This document shows positions 1 through 10,091 of a stretch of 64,000 nt of DNA, piece by piece (position 1 is the first letter of the stretch; every line of letters starts with the position of its first letter). Source of the stretch: Alphaproteobacteria bacterium (GTDB lineage: Bacteria > Pseudomonadota > Alphaproteobacteria > MPNO01 > UBA830). The stretch lies in NCBI GenBank assembly GCA_964291215.2, contig OZ219790.1:1216001-1280000 (forward strand), given 5' to 3'. The notes under the pieces are model-generated. The model did no database searches. It was not told the origin of the DNA and saw only the letters and a list, made by a program, of their open reading frames with translations. The translations under genes and the position numbers were made by a program.

Positions 1-387
1 GCTCCTGCTCCCTGCCGACGCAATTCCCTACGGGCTTGCCGTCAACGGATCCGGGCTTGTCCTCGGTGCGATCATCCTTGTCAAGGATTACAACACGCAC
101 AGGCGCAAGCCGGCGGCCTGACCGGAACTGACCGTCGCACGGCCGGATACACGATCGGATTTGCGGAGACGTGTACGCAGGATGCCCGTCTCAGGCGCCT
201 CGACAGTTCAGCCCCCGGTCACCTGCCGAAAGCAAGGTGGTCCGGGGCCGACCCGGTGCCACGCGTACGTCGCCAAAGACCGAGGTAGACACGGAATAGC
301 CGGAATCCTGCCTCTCGCAACGGCCGATACCCCGACGAAAAGAGGCGGTCCAAAGACCGCCCCCCAAGTCCCGCAGTTCTGTTCGTC

Positions 388-1482
388 TTAGCTGCCCAGC
401 GGCTTGAACTGATACCGGTATGGCCACTTGTGCCCGGCCTCTTCCATGTACTTCATGTATTTCTCCATGATGGCCGGGCCGTCGATCTTGTAACCCTTAG
501 CAATGTCATGCGCCCGCTCGTTGGGCCAGTCCTTGAGCGCCTCGGCCCACTTGGCCTGCTGCGCAACCGGAAGGGTCGATACCTTGGCGCCCGCCTTGCG
601 AAGCTTGTCGAGCCCGATCGCCTCGCTCTTGTAGGCATCGAGCGTAGCTGCGGTCTCGTAGCCCTTTCCGGCATCGTCGATGATCTGGAGCACCTTCGCC
701 GGCAGCCCCTTCCTGGTCTTGTGGTTCATGGTCAGGATGGTCTGGGCCATCGCGCCAAGATTGGTCACCTTGAAGTAGGGTGCCGGCTCGTGAAACTTGA
801 AGCCGAAATAGACGCCCGGGAACATGATGAAGCCTTGGGCCACGCCAGTTGCAAGCGCATTGTAGGCTGTCGGCAGTGTGGTCGTCACTGGAATGGCCCC
901 GTAGCGTTCGACCCATGGCAAGTTCGGTCCGGCCGCAATGATCTTCTTGCCCTTGAGTGCGCTCACGTCGGTCCATTCAAACTTGGTGCCGAGCCCGTAA
1001 TTGTCGAAGCCGGTCATCGCGATGAGCTTCTGGTTGTATTTCTTGTCGAGCATGTCGTAGAGTTCAGGGTGTTCGTCCATCACCCGCTGCTTGACCTTGA
1101 CCTGACGGCGGATGTCGCCGGTCGTGAACGGGGTGAAGTAGTCGAAATTCATCGGTAGCATTTTGGCGCTCTCGAAACACACGCACCAGCCGCCGATGTC
1201 GAGAAGCCCCTTTTCCACGGCTTCCAGCGTTTCGTGCACCTTGGCGATCTTGCCGGCATAGGCGTGGATGATCCTTACCTTGTGCTCAGTCTCGCTCTCC
1301 ACGCGTTTCTTGATCTCGTCGGCAAGGTAGTGCTCCATGTTGCGAACATAGGGCGTGGGTTTGCTGGGATGACCCGAACCCAGCCGCAAGACGATGGTCT
1401 TGGCCTCGGCAACGGCGGAAACGGCAAGCGATGCCGCGACAGCAGCCGCCAGGACAGTCGCGGGTCCACGAAGGATTTGCAT
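388..1482 (-). CDS. dctP: TRAP transporter substrate-binding protein (DctP family)
   Basis: Signal peptide, 'LRLGSGHP' start, 'ETLEAVEKGLLDIG', 'ALKGKKI', 'AYNALATGVAQG'; downstream of DctQ/DctM genes. Confidence 0.85.
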   Translation of the reverse strand: MQILRGPATVLAAAVAASLAVSAVAEAKTIVLRLGSGHPSKPTPYVRNMEHYLADEIKKRVESETEHKVRIIHAYAGKIAKVHETLEAVEKGLLDIGGWCVCFESAKMLPMNFDYFTPFTTGDIRRQVKVKQRVMDEHPELYDMLDKKYNQKLIAMTGFDNYGLGTKFEWTDVSALKGKKIIAAGPNLPWVERYGAIPVTTTLPTAYNALATGVAQGFIMFPGVYFGFKFHEPAPYFKVTNLGAMAQTILTMNHKTRKGLPAKVLQIIDDAGKGYETAATLDAYKSEAIGLDKLRKAGAKVSTLPVAQQAKWAEALKDWPNERAHDIAKGYKIDGPAIMEKYMKYMEEAGHKWPYRYQFKPLGS

Positions 1483-1586
1483 GATTTACTCCTCAATCGG
1501 TTTTCGGGAGGGGTCGGTCTCGGACCAGATGAAGTGCGGGAAGCTAACACAAAGCTGCAAGCGGTCAAGGCAGCCGCGTCGTATCT

Positions 1587-1779
1587 CACGGTGATCCCTT
1601 GCTAATTCGGAGACGCGAAATCCGAGTGCGGCGGGGCTCGGGTCATCACAGATCGCCTCCCTGATCGCAATTTTCGTGCCGAGAAGGTCCCATCGAGCCT
1701 TGGCGACACGATTGCAGCACGACGCAAACTGAAAAAGTCTCGCCGGTCGTCGCCGGATTAGCAGCGTGGGGTCACCGTG
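1587..1779. mobile_element. MITE family A, copy 1 (~193 bp)
   Basis: Imperfect TIRs CACGGTGATCCC..GCTAAT / ATTAGC..GGGGTCACCGTG; close copy at 39625-39816; decayed flanking repeat GTCGTATCT/GCCCTATCT. Confidence 0.75.
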
Positions 1780-1876
1780 GCCCTATCTCGGACCACCTCA
1801 GATCCCGCACGGCTGTCCGCTCAAGGCCGAGGGCGGCGCCTGACACCCGTCCTCGGTGTCCTTCGTCCGACGGCGC

Positions 1877-3187
1877 TCAGATGAAGCGCGTAAGCCAGCT
1901 CGCTAGCGGCGGAAAGACCCAGATCAGCCCGGCGGTAACTAGCATCAGGATCCAGTAGGGTATCGAGCCCCGAAAAATCTCTGCAAGCGCCACGCTTGAG
2001 TCTGGTATCGCCCCCTTTACCACATAAACGACCAGTCCAAACGGTGGGGTCAGAAGTCCAGCCTCTATCAGGAGAATGCCAAAGATGGCGAACGCGAAAC
2101 TGTCCATGCCTATCAGCGGCGCAAAAATCGCGAATATCGGAACAGTCAGCAATATGATGGAGATCGAATCGAGGAGCATTCCGAGAAGGAGCCAGATAAC
2201 GATCATCATCAGCGTAAGCTCGAGCGCGCCAAAGCCGAACGAGAGCAGCGCATCCTTGATGATCGTCTGGATGTCAGCGAGGGCGAGAAACCTCGAATAC
2301 ATGCCTGCGGCAACCAGCAGGATCATGATCGGCGCCGAGGTCCGTCCGGCATCGACGACGGCTTCGACAATTCCCCGCAGACGCAACCCCTTCGCGATCG
2401 CGAACAGCATCGCGACGAGTGCACCGATTCCGGCCGCCTCCGTGGCCGTGAAAGCGCCGCCCCAGATTCCGCCAAGCACGATCACGACGATTGCCAGTAC
2501 ACCGCATGCCGAGGCGATTTCTCCGCCTGTCAGGGGTTCTTCCCTGACTTCCGGCGGCGCCGTCGGCGCCGTCGCCGGACGAATGAGCACCGCCGCCACG
2601 GTATAGGCGATAAACAGGAGCGAAAGGATGATTCCGGGTATGACGCCGGCAACGAACAGCTTACCGATTGATTGCTCGGTGATGATCCCCCAGACGATCA
2701 GAAGCACGCTCGGGGGAATCAGCATTCCGAGGCACGCCGAGCCGGCGATCGAACCGAGGGCGAACTCGCGCCTGTAGCGGAACCGGGTCATTTCGGGATA
2801 GGCGATGCGGCTGAAGGCTGCAGCCGACGCGATCGAGGTTCCGGTTACCGCGGCGAAGGCGGCGTTGCCGGTGACTGTCGCCACCGCCAGACGCCCGGGA
2901 ATGCGGCGAAGACAGCGGTTGATCACCTTGTAGAGATCACCGGCGGCACCGCATTTCGCAACGAAATCCCCCATCAGCACGAAGAGCGGGATCGTTGCGA
3001 AGACGTAGTGGCGGACAAGCTCGTAGGCCGCGCCGCCGACCTGCGCCGATGCGAGGTACCAGTCTTCGAAAATGAAATAGGTGCCGACCATCGCAGTCAG
3101 CCCCAAGGCCAGCGCAATGTGAATACCCGCGAATATGGCGATCAGCATGCCGCCAAGCGTAAGCGCCATCAGAATATTGAGATCCAT
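1877..3187 (-). CDS. dctM: TRAP transporter large permease
   Basis: 436 aa hydrophobic protein; 'IPLFVLMG', 'LGMLIPPS', 'GLLTPPFG' DctM motifs. Confidence 0.92.
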   Translation of the reverse strand: MDLNILMALTLGGMLIAIFAGIHIALALGLTAMVGTYFIFEDWYLASAQVGGAAYELVRHYVFATIPLFVLMGDFVAKCGAAGDLYKVINRCLRRIPGRLAVATVTGNAAFAAVTGTSIASAAAFSRIAYPEMTRFRYRREFALGSIAGSACLGMLIPPSVLLIVWGIITEQSIGKLFVAGVIPGIILSLLFIAYTVAAVLIRPATAPTAPPEVREEPLTGGEIASACGVLAIVVIVLGGIWGGAFTATEAAGIGALVAMLFAIAKGLRLRGIVEAVVDAGRTSAPIMILLVAAGMYSRFLALADIQTIIKDALLSFGFGALELTLMMIVIWLLLGMLLDSISIILLTVPIFAIFAPLIGMDSFAFAIFGILLIEAGLLTPPFGLVVYVVKGAIPDSSVALAEIFRGSIPYWILMLVTAGLIWVFPPLASWLTRFI

Positions 3188-3237
3188 CGCTCGGCCCCGT
3201 TAATCGCCGTACCTTGTCGTCCGGTTCGGGAGAGGTT

Positions 3238-3798
3238 TCAGATTCCGTCCGCCCGATCGGACCAGTCGGCCGCTTCGTCGGTGCCGATCGCCGTGCGAAC
3301 CAGCAGCATCAAATAGATCACAGTTATTTGGACCGCGGAAGCGATGATGATGGTTCGAACGGGATAGACAGGCACCTCAAGGGCGCCGATACCCTGATAT
3401 TCACCGATCTCCCAGCCCTTGACCATGTCGCTCCAGCCACCAACGGCAATGCCGACGAAGAGTGCCATTCCGAGCGTGTAGGCGACTGCATTCACAACGC
3501 GCCGCCAGCGGCGTCCCAGATGCTCGAAGACGATAGTCGTCCGCAGCATGCTGCCGGCAAGAATGGCGAGAGGAACCTGGAGAAAAACGATCGCAGGCAC
3601 CGAATTGGTGACGATCTCGTCGCCGCCAAGGAAAGTGTTGAAGACGCCACGGCCGGTCACCTCAACGAAGATGACCAGTGCGATCAGCATCAGCCAACCA
3701 GCCGCGATGTAGTTCAACCAGACACACAACCGTTCGAAGCTGCGAAAAATGAGCCTGTTCTCCTCGCTTGATGCCCGAGTCCCGAAATCGCCTTGCAT
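3238..3798 (-). CDS. dctQ: TRAP transporter small permease (start uncertain; ORF open to 3876)
   Basis: Four TM segments, 'EVTGRGVFN' motif, directly upstream of dctM. Confidence 0.8.
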   Translation of the reverse strand: MQGDFGTRASSEENRLIFRSFERLCVWLNYIAAGWLMLIALVIFVEVTGRGVFNTFLGGDEIVTNSVPAIVFLQVPLAILAGSMLRTTIVFEHLGRRWRRVVNAVAYTLGMALFVGIAVGGWSDMVKGWEIGEYQGIGALEVPVYPVRTIIIASAVQITVIYLMLLVRTAIGTDEAADWSDRADGI

Positions 3799-3955
3799 CT
3801 GACGACGGAAGCCCCTTCCCTTCATGCCGCCCACGCGGGCCCATTGCAGGACAGGGGCCTGTTCGGGGAAACCCATGGAGGCGGATCGCGACGCGACACG
3901 GACATGCGCGTATGCCTGAATTGTACAGAGCCTGCCGAGCGAAACAAGAAGTGCG

Positions 3956-4138
3956 CAGGACCATTCTGTTGTCGCGGTCGGCGGCGGACAACCGCGTCAG
4001 AGTGGCCGTTCTTGAAGTTGGTGGCACCGTCTCAAGGTCGGAACCGGCATATCGACAACGAAATCCGCTCCCGAATGGACCTCCAGATCTGCCTACAACG
4101 CCCCTCGTCGGACGAAACCGGACAAAAGAAGAGCCCTG
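3956..4138. mobile_element. MITE family B, copy 1 (183 bp; ISAs1-like CAGG ends)
   Basis: TIRs CAGGACCATTCTGTTGTC / GACAAAAGAAGAGCCCTG; perfect 10-bp TSD AAGAAGTGCG (3946-3955, 4139-4148); second copy at 20004-20184. Confidence 0.85.
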
Positions 4139-4151
4139 AAGAAGTGCGATA

Positions 4152-4610
4152 TCAGCCGGACAGTTCCGAGGCCATCACGTCAGCCCGGATATCACCCGCC
4201 TCTTCGGTTGCAAAATTCAACTCGATCTTGACGCCGTTGGGATCCACAAGAAAGAGCTGGAACAGACCCTGATCGTCGACCCGTCTGCGGGTGTAGACGA
4301 CGCCGCGCTCGTCAAGGTCGGCCATCATCTCGCGAAGGCCCGTCGCCCGGAAGGCAACATGATCGACAACACCCGAACCGTAGGTGGCCGTCGACTGCTG
4401 ACCGAGATATTTCTTGCGGTTGTTACTCACCGCATCCCCGCCGACGGTAAGATGCAGCACGGGTTCCTCGCCAAGATAGAGCCAGCAGACCGGAAACTTG
4501 AAGTCCGGGTGCGGCCCCTCTCTCATGCCGAGAACGTCCACGTACCAGTCCCTGGTGGCGTCCATGTCCCCGGTCTGGATCAGGAAGTGTTCAAGACGGG
4601 AAAGCGGCAT
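4152..4610 (-). CDS. VOC/glyoxalase family protein
   Basis: 'LEHFLI..D...TRDWYVDVLG', 'VDHVAF', 'DPNGVKIELNF' metal-binding VOC pattern. Confidence 0.85.
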   Translation of the reverse strand: MPLSRLEHFLIQTGDMDATRDWYVDVLGMREGPHPDFKFPVCWLYLGEEPVLHLTVGGDAVSNNRKKYLGQQSTATYGSGVVDHVAFRATGLREMMADLDERGVVYTRRRVDDQGLFQLFLVDPNGVKIELNFATEEAGDIRADVMASELSG

Positions 4611-4795
4611 CGCAGCCTCCTTGCATCACCGACGCGAAGCCGGGACCCTACACTGCCGGTATGTGGGAGAGCAATATCGCCTTGCCCGCTGCGGCACGGG
4701 GGCAGCCGCGTCTGCAGCGTTTGATTGCAGACGTGGATCGCGACACTATCCGTCCCGGCTAGGCCGAAAAACTCAGTCCACGGGGAGGGACGCCG

Positions 4796-5104
4796 ATGAC
4801 CGCCTACTGGCTGGCACGCGCCAGGATCAACGATTTTGACGAATACATGAAATACGCCAAGCGGGTCCCCGAAATCCTGCGGAAGTTCAACGGCAAGATC
4901 CTCACGAGGGGTGGGCATCACAGGACCTTGGAGGGTCCAGACCATTTCGAGCGATTTGTAGTCATCGAATTTCCCTCCATCGAGGATGCGGAAGCCTGCT
5001 TCAACTCCGACGAATATCGCGAGGCTGCCGCATTCAGGCGGCGCAACAATGTCGGCGAGAACGAGCTCACGATCGTTCAGGCCGGCGATTTTACGCCGAC
5101 GTGA
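4796..5104 (+). CDS. DUF1330 family protein
   Basis: 'GKILTRGG...LEG...RFVVIEFPS.EDAEACFNSDEY' signature. Confidence 0.88.
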   Translation: MTAYWLARARINDFDEYMKYAKRVPEILRKFNGKILTRGGHHRTLEGPDHFERFVVIEFPSIEDAEACFNSDEYREAAAFRRRNNVGENELTIVQAGDFTPT

Positions 5105-5184
5105 CGTCACGCCCGTGACTGTTGCACTCCACGTGCAGCGGTCTATGTTCAGCCGCACCAACCAGCCCAAGGGAGACCGCACAC

Positions 5185-5577
5185 ATGTCCGGACCTGAAA
5201 TCAGCAAACAGGACATTCTCAACGCCTGCGAAGGCATGCTCCAGAAGCAGCTCTATGTCGTCCATACCTTTCCGACCGATGGCCTCGGTCCGGTCATGCA
5301 GAATATCGAGCCCCACCTCAAGTTCCAGATAGAGCTCGAGGAAAAAGGAATTATGTTCGGCGCGGGTCCGTTCTGGGATGATGCCGAGGAAAAATGGGAA
5401 GGCGAGGGCATGGTCATCATCCGCGCCGGCTCCCTTGCGGAAGCCAAGGACATCGCGGCCAGCGATCCGATGCACAAATCGGGCGCACGAAGCTACACCG
5501 TCCGCCCCTGGCTCCTCAACGAAGGTGCAGTAACGGTCAAGGTCCGGTATTCGGACGGCAGTCGCGAGCTGCTCTGA
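5185..5577 (+). CDS. YciI/YCII family protein
   Basis: 'HLKFQ..LE..G....AGP', 'GMVIIRAGSL.EA..IAASDPMH' YciI pattern; GGGAG RBS before ATG 5185. Confidence 0.8.
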   Translation: MSGPEISKQDILNACEGMLQKQLYVVHTFPTDGLGPVMQNIEPHLKFQIELEEKGIMFGAGPFWDDAEEKWEGEGMVIIRAGSLAEAKDIAASDPMHKSGARSYTVRPWLLNEGAVTVKVRYSDGSRELL

Positions 5578-5636
5578 ACCCGGCCCTTCTGTCCGGCAAC
5601 GGCACCGAGCATCTGGCGCCGGTGCCGTCTTGCTGC

Positions 5637-7141
5637 TCATCCCGTATAGCGGTCCCGCAGCCGGTCGCGCAGGATCTTTCCAGTTGCGTTCTTCGGTACC
5701 TCATTCACGAAGATGATGCGGCGCGAACGCTTGTAACGGGCGATCCGCCCGGCGCAGTCGCCGAGCAGCGCTTCGGCGGTAATCTTCACCGACGGATCGG
5801 CGGCGACCACGGCAGCGACCGGCAGTTCGCCGAACACCGGATCCGATAATGCGAATACCGCGCAGTCATCGATCTCGGCCATTTCCAGCAATACGCGCTC
5901 GATTTCGGCGGGATGGATATTGAGACCGCCCGAATTGATCATGTCGCCGCTGCGCCCGACAAGGGTCAACAGCCCTTTTCGTCACGGATGGCCAGATCTC
6001 CCGTCCAGGCCCAACCATCGCCGCCGCGAAAGAACACCTGCGTCTGTTCCGGTCCCCCGACATAGCCCTGCATGAGGGTCTCGCCCCTGAAACAGAGCTC
6101 GCCGACTTCACCGGGCTCCGCTTCGCTGCCGGAGGCGGCATACACGGCGCATTCGATCTTGGGCGACCGAGCGCACCGGGATGCCTGTCCCGGTCTTCCC
6201 TGTACAGCGTTACCAATGGACCGATCTCGGTCATGCCGTAATTTTGTATGAACTCGTACCGCGGCAGCGGTTCCGCCGCCCGTTTGATCAGGCCGGGCGG
6301 CGGCGGCGCGCCGCCATAGACCATCTTGCGGAGACCCGACAGCCGGGCCGGCCCGAACGCCTCGTGATCCGGAAGAAGCGCTATCTGGGTCGGAACGAGA
6401 AATGTCGCCGTTATCCGACAACGTTCCGCGGCCGCAAGGAAGGAAGGCACGTCCCACTTCGGGAGGAGAACCTGGGTCGCCGCCACGCATACGCCAGGTT
6501 GAAACCATATGAAGCCGCCGGCCGCACGACTCATCGGCGCCGCAACCGCCATCACTTCGCCGGATTCGAGACCGAACCAATCCACGGCGATCTCGGCCCA
6601 ATTCAGGCGCGACCGGGCAGTATGGAGCCCTCCCTTCGGAAACCCCGTCGTGCCACTGGTATAGGCTGCCGAAGACGGCGCGTCCGGCGGCTGCTCGCGT
6701 CCCGGATCCTCTGGAGCGCCGGCTCCAAGAAACGCAGCCGCGCCCCGTGGAGACGACGGCAAGCCGCCTGCCGGTCGACGACACCGCGTCCGCCAGTTCC
6801 GGATCGCACAGCGCGGCCACCGCATCCCCCCTGCCAAGACAATGGGCGATCGCGTCGGGGGCAAGGCACGCCGACAGATGAAGCGACACGCCGCCAGCGC
6901 GCGCTATTCCGAAATACGTCACGGCATATTCGAGGCTGTTGTGCGCGATGACTGCCACGCGGTCTCCGCGCCCCACTCCACGATCGATCAGCGCATTGGC
7001 GAACCTGTTGGCGGCTTTGTCGGCTTCGCCATAAGTCAGTTCGCGTCCTTCGCAAATGAACGCGGTCTTCTTCGGGTTGCCGGCGGCGGCGGCCGCAAGG
7101 CTCGCACCCATGGTCATGCAGGGACGCCCCTGGTCCTGCAA
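5637..7141 (-). pseudogene. AMP-dependent acyl-CoA synthetase, frameshifted
   Basis: Motifs split over three frames: 'YTSGTTGFPKG', 'YGMTE', 'TGDL', 'GRSGDMINSGG', 'PKNATGKI'. Confidence 0.85.
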
Positions 7142-7199
7142 TCGCGCTCCGCTACGGCCACGCCGCCGCTTCCGGATCCATCACACCCACGCCGCCGCC

Positions 7200-8894
7200 T
7201 CACGGAGCATACCATCCCTCGCTCCCCGAGCCGTCGTCGACAACGACATCGAGCAGCGTCGGCCCGTCGCGCCGGGTCGACTCGACGATGGCAGGCCCGA
7301 TGTCGTCAGGGTCCTCGATTCGCACCGCCGCCACACCCATTGAGCGGGCGAGGCCGGTGAAGTCGATCGGCGGGTCCTTGAACTCCATGCCGGTGTAATC
7401 CTCAACGCCGTGGAATGCCTTCAGCCGCTCCCTGATGATGCGGTAGCCGCCATTGTTGGCGATGACGTAGGTGATCGGAAGTTTCGCGTTCGCCGCCGTC
7501 CAGAGCGCCTGGATGCTGTACATCGCGCTGCCGTCGCCGACGACGGCGACGACCGGCCGGTCCCTGAGTGCAAGCTGAACTCCCACCGCGCCCGCCATCG
7601 CAAACCCGATCCCGCCGCTGCCGAGCCCGAAAAGCGCCTTCGCATCGCGGAAGGGATAGAGCGCCGGAAGGGAGCGGCCGCTCAGGATGCCCTCCTCGAC
7701 GATGACCGCGTCTTCCGGCAGCGCGTCGACGATCCGAAGCATCGCAAGCTCAGGGGCGATCACCGCAGCGTCGGGACGCGCCAGTATCCTGGCGCGGAGG
7801 GCCTCGCGCTTGGCGGACCAGTTGGAAGTCTGGAGCACCGTCAGCGAGGCCGCTGCCTTCTCGGCCCCCTCGGCGCCACGTTTCCTCTCGATCATAACCG
7901 CTAGGGCGCCAAGCGTTTCCTTGACGTCGGCGCGCAAGGCGATCTCCGCCGGATAGTTCTTTCCCATCTCCCAATCCCGAAGTCCGACCTGGACCAGCGC
8001 CATGCCTTCGGGTAACGGGTCGGTTTCGCTGAACACCGACATGCGCAGCACATCGGAACCCATGCAGAACATCAGGTCATAGGGCGAGAGGGTATCGCGG
8101 ACATCCGGCTGTTCACGGCTGAGTCCGCCCATGAATGCGGGGTGTTCGGAGAGAAAATGGGCGCCGTCGCAGACCGTCTGCTGATAGACCGGCGCGCCCA
8201 GCGCCTCCGCAACCGCTGCCGCTTCTCTCAACGCGTCCGAGGTCGCGATTTCGTGCCCGGCAAGGAGCACCGGCCGCCTGGCCGCGAGCAGCCGGTCTGC
8301 GAGTCGATCGAGCGCCGCGTCGCTCGGCCGGCCGGCGGCATCGACCCGGGTGAGCCGGCCGAGTTCGAGCGCGTCCTGCTCGTTCAGGACATCGCCCGGC
8401 AGCGAGATGAACACCGGTCCGGTCGGCGGTGTCATTGCGACCTTCGCGGCCCGGCGCACGATGCGCGGCAGATCCTGGAGCCGGTTGACCTCCACCGCCC
8501 ATTTCACCAGCGGTTGGGCGATTGGCACCAGCGGCGCGTAGAGCATTGGTTCGGTCAGCCCGTGCCCCTGCTCCTGCTGCCCTGCAGTAACGATGATCGG
8601 CGAGCCCATCCAGTTGGCGTTGAAGAGCGAACCCATGGCGTTGCCGAGCCCGGGTGCGACATGAACGTTGCAGGCGCTGAGCTTGCCCGATGCACGCGAG
8701 AAGCCGTCCGCCATCGCCACCACCAGCGCCTCCTGCAGCGCCATGACATAGGTCATTGCCGACCGGTCGGGCAACGCGGCCATGATCGGGAGTTCCGTGG
8801 TGCCGGGATTGCCGAACAGATGGGTTACCCCTTCGCTCTCGAGCAGCGAAAGGAAAGCCTCCCGGCCGAAGATGGTGTTCAGGGTGTCAGGCAT
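7200..8894 (-). CDS. ThDP-dependent decarboxylase, benzoylformate decarboxylase (MdlC)-like
   Basis: 'FGNPGTTELP', 'HVAPGLGNAMG', ThDP motif 'GDGSAMY...NNGGY'. Confidence 0.85.
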   Translation of the reverse strand: MPDTLNTIFGREAFLSLLESEGVTHLFGNPGTTELPIMAALPDRSAMTYVMALQEALVVAMADGFSRASGKLSACNVHVAPGLGNAMGSLFNANWMGSPIIVTAGQQEQGHGLTEPMLYAPLVPIAQPLVKWAVEVNRLQDLPRIVRRAAKVAMTPPTGPVFISLPGDVLNEQDALELGRLTRVDAAGRPSDAALDRLADRLLAARRPVLLAGHEIATSDALREAAAVAEALGAPVYQQTVCDGAHFLSEHPAFMGGLSREQPDVRDTLSPYDLMFCMGSDVLRMSVFSETDPLPEGMALVQVGLRDWEMGKNYPAEIALRADVKETLGALAVMIERKRGAEGAEKAAASLTVLQTSNWSAKREALRARILARPDAAVIAPELAMLRIVDALPEDAVIVEEGILSGRSLPALYPFRDAKALFGLGSGGIGFAMAGAVGVQLALRDRPVVAVVGDGSAMYSIQALWTAANAKLPITYVIANNGGYRIIRERLKAFHGVEDYTGMEFKDPPIDFTGLARSMGVAAVRIEDPDDIGPAIVESTRRDGPTLLDVVVDDGSGSEGWYAP

Positions 8895-9269
8895 GGCGTT
8901 TCACGCGGGCAGGGTATGACATCCCCGAATGATACAGATTTCCTGTTCTGGCGGTAGACGACAAAGCCTCGTCCCTTCGGACCGACGATGGGCAGGCGGT
9001 CGGAGGGAAGCCTGCAGGCCAAGATCCAACCTTCGGGTTCGATGGGCACGGACGGCGCGGACGGTGGAGCGTTCTTCACTGACGGCCGGCACGGAACGCG
9101 GACCAGTTCCGGGGACAGCCGAGACCGGACACCGAAACGGAATCGCGAGCGCCGGAGAGGGATTGTTGCGTGCCGGCCGGTGTTGGCGCAGGATCGGTCA
9201 CCTGACTATCAGGATCGGTGTCCCGTCAGGACCGGGAGCCCAACCGGCTCGTGAATTCGGAAACAGGCT

Positions 9270-10091
9270 ATGGGCCTTGTACAAGTGAATGGCTGGTCGT
9301 TCGATTGCGAAGTCTCGGGCGAAGGGCCCGACCTGATCTTCATTCACGTAGAGATTCACGGGACGGAATACTGGGAACACCAGATAGCGAAATTCTCGCG
9401 CGACCATCGATGTCTCGTTTACCACAGGCGTGGCCACGGGCGGACCGGCGCACCGGGCCGCGGGTACGAACTTGAGAACCAGCGGAGGGATCTCGAGGCG
9501 CTCGTCGATCACTTCGGCATTGTTGATCCGATCATCATTGCGGTCGCGTTCGGAACCACGATCGCCGTCGATTTTGCGCTGGCGAACCCGGACAGGGTTC
9601 GCGGCATATTCATGGTCGCATGGAGCGAGCTTCACGAGGCGCGGAAATATCTCGACTGGTGGAAGGCAGCGAACGGAGAAGTGGTCCGGATCCTGAAGAG
9701 TGGCGGCCGCGAGCAACTGATAGACTATCTCAGGCGCGAAGCCGAGCGCACCCTCTATCTGGTCATCCCTCTCGATTCACATGTCCGGGAGCGATGCATT
9801 CAGATGTTCGCGCGTCATCCCGTGGAGGAATACGAACGCGGCATGCTTGAATTCGCGGAATCGGTGCCCGACCTCGTGACCCCGTTAGCCGGGCTCGACG
9901 TACCGGTCCGGGGCATCTGCGGATCGAATGACCCGTTCCCGGACCGGCCGGAGACACTGGCCGGCATGGCGGCATTTCAGGAACTTCCCCCGATCCCCGG
10001 AGCTTCGCGCTTCGTTCAATGGGAGCGTCCCGACGAGTTCAATGCCGCTCTCCGCAGCTTTCTCGCAACCTGTCCGGCCGGACGAGACTAG
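9270..10091 (+). CDS. Alpha/beta hydrolase-fold protein with atypical catalytic positions
   Basis: 'GEGPDLIFIH', 'RRGHGRT', 'ERPDEFNAALRSFL'; elbow reads AVAFG instead of GxSxG. Confidence 0.75.
   Translation: MGLVQVNGWSFDCEVSGEGPDLIFIHVEIHGTEYWEHQIAKFSRDHRCLVYHRRGHGRTGAPGRGYELENQRRDLEALVDHFGIVDPIIIAVAFGTTIAVDFALANPDRVRGIFMVAWSELHEARKYLDWWKAANGEVVRILKSGGREQLIDYLRREAERTLYLVIPLDSHVRERCIQMFARHPVEEYERGMLEFAESVPDLVTPLAGLDVPVRGICGSNDPFPDRPETLAGMAAFQELPPIPGASRFVQWERPDEFNAALRSFLATCPAGRD

Noticed and set aside
1-120. Possible 3' end of a membrane protein gene at the window edge
   Set aside because: Too short to assign.
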